The position numbers and the translations under genes are program-made. From Perkinsela sp. CCAP 1560/9 (lineage: Eukaryota > Protista > Euglenozoa: Kinetoplastea): 64,000 nucleotides of DNA. The stretch covers positions 186,001 through 250,000 of the forward strand of contig CBFFSA010000015.1 of assembly GCA_965644495.1 (NCBI GenBank), given 5' to 3'. Of the stretch, positions 57,303 to 64,000 are shown one piece after another. Below the pieces are notes generated by a model, which was given only the letters and a program-made list of their open reading frames with translations, searched no databases and was not told the origin of the DNA. How positions within the stretch are numbered: the stretch's first letter is position 1; each line of letters begins with the position of its first letter.

Positions 57303-58180
57303 TATTGCGGTGGTTGTAAAACTACCGCTTTACCCTCGATTATTGCAAAAAAAGTGAACAAAAACAGTGAAAATATAAGGAGGAACACAGTAATATAATA
57401 GAAGAAAAAAATATAAAAGAGGGCTCCGGTGGTCCAAAATTGAAAAAAAAATTTCGAAAAAATGGGGGGCCTAGGGGGGGCATACCGCACGAATTTTCGA
57501 ACCAAAAAATTTTTTTTCGAAAAAAAACCGCAGAAGGGGTAGCTGGGGTCTTGACGCGTATTTTCCACCCCCCTACCCGGGGGTGACACCCCCTCGTATC
57601 CGCACGACGAGTCCGCCAAGTTCGGAAATTTTTTCGGAGAAAATTTTTGAAAAAAATTTCAACTTGGGGAAGAAAATGGTAAAAAAATATTTTTCCAAAA
57701 TCGTTTCCCCTATTGTAGTTTGATAGTTTGGGACCTATACTAGCTTTCTCCACAGTTGTTTTCGCCAGATATCCCTTCTTCAAGCCGTGGTATGCCCACG
57801 AAAATGACCCATTTTTGACCAAAAAAGGTGAAAAAGTATTTTTCGGACCCCAAGGGGACTTTTTGTGTCCAAAGAATGGTGTGGTTGGAGTCGCATTCTC
57901 TACCCAATACGTTCGGTAGGCTTTCATTCATCCCTACGAGTCAGTTCCCACACGCAAATGTCGGATTTAGTGCTCTGAGAGCAAAAATACCCCAAATTGA
58001 CCCCATTTTTACCCGAAAATCGGCTATTTTTGGCTATAATCTTTCTTTTTCTTCAGCTTTCCAGGCCAAATTTTCTTTTTAGGCTCTTCGTTAAACGCGG
58101 CGGTAGTTTTCAACGAGAAGAGCGCAACATGAGTGAATTCTAAGTTGAAAACAACCACCGCGTTTAGCGAAGAGCCTAAA
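57303..58180 (+). mobile_element. Repeat family A, complete copy
   Basis: Colinear with 20159-21090. Confidence 0.78.
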
Positions 58181-58190
58181 AAAGAAATTA

Positions 58191-59157
58191 CCGTTATCTC
58201 ACCCCCTTACTTAGCCCCCACTTTTCGGTCCAAAACCCGTACTCTGTGAAGTAAGGGGGGTGGTGAAGTAAGGGAGGTGAATAAGTGATTCAAAGTTCGA
58301 TCAATTTATAGTTCTCTCGGAAATCCTCAAATTATTGAAGCACACTATGCTATCGACATTGAGCATAATTTCCTTTTCTTGAGTTTTGTAATACCTCGTG
58401 TTGCACATTCTATATTTTATGTTTCTTTTAGCTTGTCCACGATGTCCCATGCGTTTTTAACTTTCCCCCCATGAAAATTTCTTACATCGTAACATTTAAA
58501 TGATGTCGCAGAGTATAACCTATTGAACATCAATTTAAATTTTAGAACTACAAGACGCTGTGGCGCAACTTTATGATCAAAGCGATGATGAAACTGACAT
58601 GGAAGAAAATCGTTCTGAATTTGAAATGATTCAACGAATCTAAATCATTTCGGGTTGCTCCGATCGGTCACTGGCAAGCCGGACCCTTCACAGATAGATT
58701 TGGAAGTCTCAAGGCCGAAGTCCTCTACCTTTTTTCGTTACACACAACAACGTGCTGCTACCAACCCGTTGCGTCGATGAACCCAAAACAATCTTCAAAA
58801 GTTATCATTCCTGCAGCTACGTAGCATTCCTGCGGACGTTAACATTCCCCCCCGGAACGTTAAACCGGACTGTGGTTTAAAATCCCGGTATGACGGCGTC
58901 GTCTTCACTAAGAAAGTTGCACCAAGAATCTTTGTGCATCGATCTGTGTGCCATCTGTGTCTCCCCTTGAAGACCACTGGGCGTGGCTCTGCTTCGCCTT
59001 GCCCCGATGTAACGGTCGGTTGCAGTGCACCCCTCCGGCTGTGTAAAGAGGTGGTAAGTTGCCTGGGGAAAAATCTGACACCCCCCTTACTTCACCACGC
59101 GTCCGGTGACTAAATGTGGTGAAGTAAGGGGGGAGGCGAAGTAAGGGGGGGTAACGG
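58191..59157. mobile_element. TA-flanked non-autonomous TIR element
   Basis: CCGTTA..CCCCCTTACTT ... AAGTAAGGGGGGGTAACGG; GAAGTAAGGG subrepeats. Confidence 0.75.
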
Positions 59158-59174
59158 TATATTGAGTTTAGAAT

Positions 59175-59215
59175 TTATTGAGGGAGATACCACTCCTTCG
59201 CTACCATATATTAAT
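59175..59215 (-). repeat. Family F small-hairpin end
   Basis: Inverse match to 36947-36988. Confidence 0.65.
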
Positions 59216-59633
59216 TGTTCGCCAGAAAAAGTGCCCCTTTTTTGCGCTCTTTTCGCCCTCACGTGGCTCGGGATCGGCCAACTTTAACAACTTTACACTT
59301 TTCGGGGAGGGTAGGGTCCCTCCCCACTCCTTGCCATACAAGGAGTTTTAACATACCCTCGCTACCATATATTACTTGGTGATTTTTCACCCACACAATA
59401 GGGGGTAACTCTGCGTTGTGCTCGCAGGGTATGTCCGACGAAATTTTCAAACAATTTTCTGACCGAAAAAAGTACTGTGACCCCCCTTTAATGTAGACAC
59501 GATTTCGTGTTTTGTCTCTATTAAAGGGGGGATGAAATGAGAATTCGAATGAACAAAAAAAATATCGGCGCCGCTCCCTGGTGATCTCAAGAAGAACTTC
59601 TGTTTCTGAAACGAGTGATGCTCAATAATCCAT

Positions 59634-60563
59634 TCAGCTCTTTCTCTGACATTGATACACCACACATGGAGGGATCAGTGAATCCTCAGAGATGTATCCT
59701 TCAAAGAAATTTCCATCCAAAAACAGGCCGTTAGAGTTTTCTGAATTCCTCGAAGGAATCGGCAGCTTCCAAATACGATGATAAGATAACGATGTTAAAT
59801 CGATGATTCCCGTAAACTGGTTGCGACGAAGATTGAGTGCCAATAGACACTGGGGTAACTCTCCCAGTATTGGGGTACCGCTGAGCTCATTGTCATAGAG
59901 ATGGAGCGAACGAAGGGTCGGAGGTAAGTGACGGAGATCGACGGGCTCCCGGAAAAGATTTTCGGAAAGGGACATATAAAGTAGAGAATGGGGAAGAGAG
60001 GTGAAGTCCAGACTCTCTGTGAGTCGGTTACATGAAAGGAGGAGTCGACTCATCATGGAGGGTAGCTGTGTGAGCTCAATAGGACTGTGATGTCCGGTAC
60101 GGCACACCTCAAGGTGCCTCAGAGAGGATGGGAGATATGCCAAGTGGAGCGGACCTCGCAAGTGGTAATGCGAAACCACTGTTATTTTCTGCATCGTGTC
60201 CGGAAGACTCGTCCAGGTCAGATTCCCGTGTAAACTATGAAGCAGAGAAAACTCAATGCGCACCACTTCCTCTTTATCGTCGCAGTGAACTCCTGCCCAT
60301 TCACAGGGAGAAATTTTCTGAAGACTCCCGAATATGGGAAACGCGCGCTTCTGTAGAACCCATGTGGGGTGAGGGTTGGAGACACTTTCAAGAAAAGAAC
60401 GCATTAAATCCTCCTGGCATAGTAGCATACGACCGACGCGACCGCATCGCACCTTGCGAGCAACTTCGTCAGAGGTTGGGAAAATGATGAGCATGGAGCA
60501 GTGAACATAGAGGAATTTTAGATCAGGAATCATATTTATACAAATACGATGTATGAGTCTCAT
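59634..60563 (-). CDS. Small LRR protein
   Basis: PCEWAGVHC N-cap plus about 7 LRR units. Confidence 0.9.
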   Translation of the reverse strand: MRLIHRICINMIPDLKFLYVHCSMLIIFPTSDEVARKVRCGRVGRMLLCQEDLMRSFLESVSNPHPTWVLQKRAFPIFGSLQKISPCEWAGVHCDDKEEVVRIEFSLLHSLHGNLTWTSLPDTMQKITVVSHYHLRGPLHLAYLPSSLRHLEVCRTGHHSPIELTQLPSMMSRLLLSCNRLTESLDFTSLPHSLLYMSLSENLFREPVDLRHLPPTLRSLHLYDNELSGTPILGELPQCLLALNLRRNQFTGIIDLTSLSYHRIWKLPIPSRNSENSNGLFLDGNFFEGYISEDSLIPPCVVYQCQRKS

Positions 60564-60721
60564 ACTATCTCATTGAGATAGTGTTGCCTTTTCAACTTTT
60601 GGGAAATCAATATTCTTCTTTGTTTTTTCTTGATTTTTGCAGTTAATTGCAAGATGTATGCGGATAAGATTTTCGAAAAATGGACAACTGTTGTAGTTTA
60701 CCATGCTCAAAAATGAGACCA

Positions 60722-62668
60722 TCAGAATTCTATATGATATTTTTTCTTGAATGCTCGCCAGGATCGACAAAGTGCGTAGGGTTCTGCTTGTTCCATGTCT
60801 ATTGAAGTTCCCTGAGAGGCATTCATGCTATGCACATCTAGCAAAACAGTCAAAAAAGGAAAACGGTGGAGAGTTTCTACAAAGGGATAGAGTAGCTCAT
60901 GCTCCATCAATATTCTGTGTGATAATTTCAGTTTCAAGCGGTTTCCACTTTGCTCACTTCTATTTTGTGTGTAACTTGGCTCCGGCAAGGGTGAAGCAAG
61001 ACGCATCGTTGCGTCACTCCTTTTTACTCGTAACTGTAGAGTATGAGTAGATTTGCTTGAGTTACAATTTTTTACCTGTTCACCGACGTTCTCTTTTGTT
61101 GGTATCCCGACTGTAATTCTGTTGGACCTAGTTTCCCCATTTCCGGATGTTATACCGGTCTTTTGCATCAACGCGCCTTGACTTCTTCGCCCTTTTACGG
61201 ACTTTGTATCACCCCTCTGCTTTGGCCGGTTTTGGGTACGTTTTCGTTTTTTTGTGTATCGCTGTCCAATGTCGGAGTAGTCATCACCTGTGCTGCTTGA
61301 GTGGCTAGAGGAGGTACTGGAGCCTCGCCAGGTGGAATCTGAATCCACCTCGCTACTCGTGCTTGAATATTCGGTACTAAGAGCCGCATGCTGCGTGGCA
61401 TAGCGGGACAAAATTGCCGACCGACGCATTGGTCGTACTGATGAGCTAAGTTGCGTACAATTATTTATGGTATGTATTCGCTGCTTATGCTTTGATTTCG
61501 TTTTACCAACACGTGTGCTTGTTGCATTTGTAGGTGTAAGTGTTTTTCTCAACGTACTTTTTGTGTCTTCAACGACAGGGGACGGAGAGGCATAGCTGGC
61601 TGTTTTGCCCAAGCGCCGAAGTATGATTTTGTTTGTCGTTTGTAATGGAAAAAAAGTCCCAAGACAAGTTAGTATGCTAGCAATTTGGTAAATTGTGGTT
61701 ACCTTCAGACCGTGGCCCAAGTATGAGAGTGCGTCAAACCAAAATCTTTGGCGCACATGTGCGAATTGGCTACTCTTCCATAAATCCAGAGCTAAAGCTT
61801 GTATTCGTCTAGTCGGAGACGAGATATTTCGCGTGTGATGAAGATCAAAGTTAACCAAAAGTTGAAACAAGAGAATGCACGAAAAGCAGGTGTACTGTGC
61901 AAGTTTAGCATTGCGTTTCTCGTAATCCGTCAATTTTTTAAAATAGCCCACATGAATTTGTGCCAGAGTTGCATGTATATTCTGCAATTCATGAACCAGA
62001 TCATCACTACGCGCACAGAAAGCGTCTCTAAGTCGTCTCATAGGATCACTAGTCAATAACTTTTGAACGAAGGCAAAGTCGAAATTTTGTTCATCTATTA
62101 TTATTGGTAGTTTGCGATCAAGTAGCCGACTTGCTCCTGCTAGAGCAAAAACTATTGCACTAGCCCATGCATTTGATTGAGTGTCGGAGCAATTTTCCGC
62201 GAAAGTTACGCCCATGAATTCACGATACAGAACTAAACAAAGGGAATGCCAGGGAATATTGTATGAAAATATCTCTGCGTTTACTGAATACGAACTTGAT
62301 TTTTCGCGATTTCGAAACAGCCATTGTAAAGTTGGTAACACAAACTCGGTAAGTAGCAAGATAACCTCTTTTCCAGCCTGATATTTTTCAATAGTACAAA
62401 CTACCAAAGCTAGCAATCGACTCCACTTCTTGATACCTTCATTGTAGCTATGGGAGTGACTAAAAGCTTCATCTACGCTTGACATCGAACAACTAAGTTC
62501 TGATATGGCACTTCGTAGCATAAACCTCCAGCATGTTGCGGTAAAATAGGGGACACAGTTGAATAAGCAGATCTCGAGTGAGATGTCAGACTGAGATGAA
62601 ACCAAGGCATGCGTAACCCTGGCATTCGTACTCTCTATAAATCGACACACAAGTAAATACTTTTCCAT
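60722..62668 (-). CDS. Hypothetical protein (helical N-half, Ser/basic disordered C-half)
   Basis: 648-aa ORF on the cluster strand; no family recognised. Confidence 0.7.
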   Translation of the reverse strand: MEKYLLVCRFIESTNARVTHALVSSQSDISLEICLFNCVPYFTATCWRFMLRSAISELSCSMSSVDEAFSHSHSYNEGIKKWSRLLALVVCTIEKYQAGKEVILLLTEFVLPTLQWLFRNREKSSSYSVNAEIFSYNIPWHSLCLVLYREFMGVTFAENCSDTQSNAWASAIVFALAGASRLLDRKLPIIIDEQNFDFAFVQKLLTSDPMRRLRDAFCARSDDLVHELQNIHATLAQIHVGYFKKLTDYEKRNAKLAQYTCFSCILLFQLLVNFDLHHTRNISSPTRRIQALALDLWKSSQFAHVRQRFWFDALSYLGHGLKVTTIYQIASILTCLGTFFPLQTTNKIILRRLGKTASYASPSPVVEDTKSTLRKTLTPTNATSTRVGKTKSKHKQRIHTINNCTQLSSSVRPMRRSAILSRYATQHAALSTEYSSTSSEVDSDSTWRGSSTSSSHSSSTGDDYSDIGQRYTKKRKRTQNRPKQRGDTKSVKGRRSQGALMQKTGITSGNGETRSNRITVGIPTKENVGEQVKNCNSSKSTHTLQLRVKRSDATMRLASPLPEPSYTQNRSEQSGNRLKLKLSHRILMEHELLYPFVETLHRFPFLTVLLDVHSMNASQGTSIDMEQAEPYALCRSWRAFKKKYHIEF

Positions 62669-63118
62669 TGAACATTCCTTTTTACGATTTGCTCATACGT
62701 ACACGTACGTTTAAAAAGATTTAAGGACAATGTAGTACATACGCGCTCTGGTACGAACGAAGTCTTGAAGTGATCAATAGTCCATGCGATTTCAGAATTC
62801 TGAGATTTCTCTTCAACATTTCACTGTTTTCCGAGGAAAACTTCATAAACTCAAGATGATCCGAGTAAATAGTGAAATCGTAGTAAAAAATAGTAAATCA
62901 GACCAAACAAGTAATACATACATGCATACTCAAAGAAGAATATGTGCTCATATTCGTCATGCATATTCATTCGCAAGCGAAGTAAAATCACTTGAAGTAC
63001 AGTATCTTGCAGTGGATTCAATATGAACATTTGCTCTCTGGATAGCAAGTGCGCGATAACTAAGTAGCAAGTAGAAAATAATAATAATATAAAATATAAA
63101 TATAAAATAAATATAAGT

Positions 63119-64000
63119 TCAGATTTCTACTGGCTCAAAAACTTCTGAAATGCGCACCCGGCACATAGGGCAGTATCCCACTTTGGTGCAGCACCCTTTG
63201 CAAAGAACTTTATGCTTACACGGGAGAAATATTACACCGGGGCTATTGGACATGCATGTAATACACTTTGTGCTCTGTTCCTCCAAAATATGCCGCAAGG
63301 ACTCAAGGTACTCCGTAGCTTCGCGCTGCAGCTCACGTAATTCAGCTGAGCGTAAGTGTTGTAAATTCAGCGGCAGTGAGAAAAATTGTGCCCGAAAGAC
63401 CTTTTCAATCTCGGAGGATACAGATTTTTGAAGCGCGTCGATGTCTACATGCTTTGTTGTTTTCTGTGAGACACGTGCGCTTTCTATGGCATCAGTTTTG
63501 ACAGGAAGACGTAATTCGGAGGGATATTCCGTTCCAAAATCTGTGTGATCAATCACCATTGTTGGAAGCTCGGTGTACGAAATTGATTCTTGAATTAAGT
63601 TCTGAGAAGCACTCTCTATCAGCTGTTTGTTGTCACAAGTTTCTGAAAAATACGGCTTTTCTTCTGAATCGGATATGTTTGGTATGTCGTCAGAACAATC
63701 TTGGGAGGTCGTAACCGCGGAAGAAGCTAGAAGTGCTGAGGATGTAGGACTCACAAGTGAGCAATGCGTATCCTCCGAATTTGACAAATGTTTAGCTATA
63801 TTTCCGTTTGCATGCTCCATTGGCCTAGTAGCGTTGAATGTTTCACCTTTCTCTGAGGAAGAAATTTCCACACAATCTTCCATACATTCTTGAGTGAGCG
63901 AAGATATTACGCTGCCAACTGTGTTGGCCAGTAACGACACGCCGGAAGAGTGTGTATTTTTATCTCCCTGCCTGAATTCCGACGAGGGAGCCTGACTCTG
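63119..64000 (-). CDS. C-terminal RING (C3HC4, IAP/RNF34-like) protein, 5' end outside the window
   Basis: CITC..N...VIFLPCKHKVLCKGC......CPMCR; frame stays open to the window edge. Confidence 0.88.
   Translation of the reverse strand, partial: QSQAPSSEFRQGDKNTHSSGVSLLANTVGSVISSLTQECMEDCVEISSSEKGETFNATRPMEHANGNIAKHLSNSEDTHCSLVSPTSSALLASSAVTTSQDCSDDIPNISDSEEKPYFSETCDNKQLIESASQNLIQESISYTELPTMVIDHTDFGTEYPSELRLPVKTDAIESARVSQKTTKHVDIDALQKSVSSEIEKVFRAQFFSLPLNLQHLRSAELRELQREATEYLESLRHILEEQSTKCITCMSNSPGVIFLPCKHKVLCKGCCTKVGYCPMCRVRISEVFEPVEI

Overview
Eukaryotic, intron-less DNA, most likely from a kinetoplastid close to Perkinsela (inference). The evidence is kinetoplastid spliced-leader (SL) sequence, nearly all host genes on one strand (minus), a Tousled-like kinase, RPB8, RPL38, a PPR-like gene and an expanded family of small LRR proteins. 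Roughly two thirds of the window is nested mobile DNA: three copies of an R2-group (HERO-like) RT/restriction-like-endonuclease LINE, several Tc1/mariner elements and MITEs, an intact hAT-like element with a 6-bp TSD, Merlin remnants, a Sola-like MITE, YR-retroelement debris and two foldback repeat families. The most notable system is a candidate LINE/SINE partnership built on the spliced leader. A ~500-nt, highly structured, apparently non-coding element (7338-7836, minus) starts with SL exon sequence plus a GT donor. It ends in the same two-part, covarying 3' RNA structure as all three LINE copies. The full-length LINE also starts with the identical 28 nt of SL. A ~1.86-kb host segment is duplicated on either side of a ~19-kb TE block. 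All calls were made by eye, without database searches.
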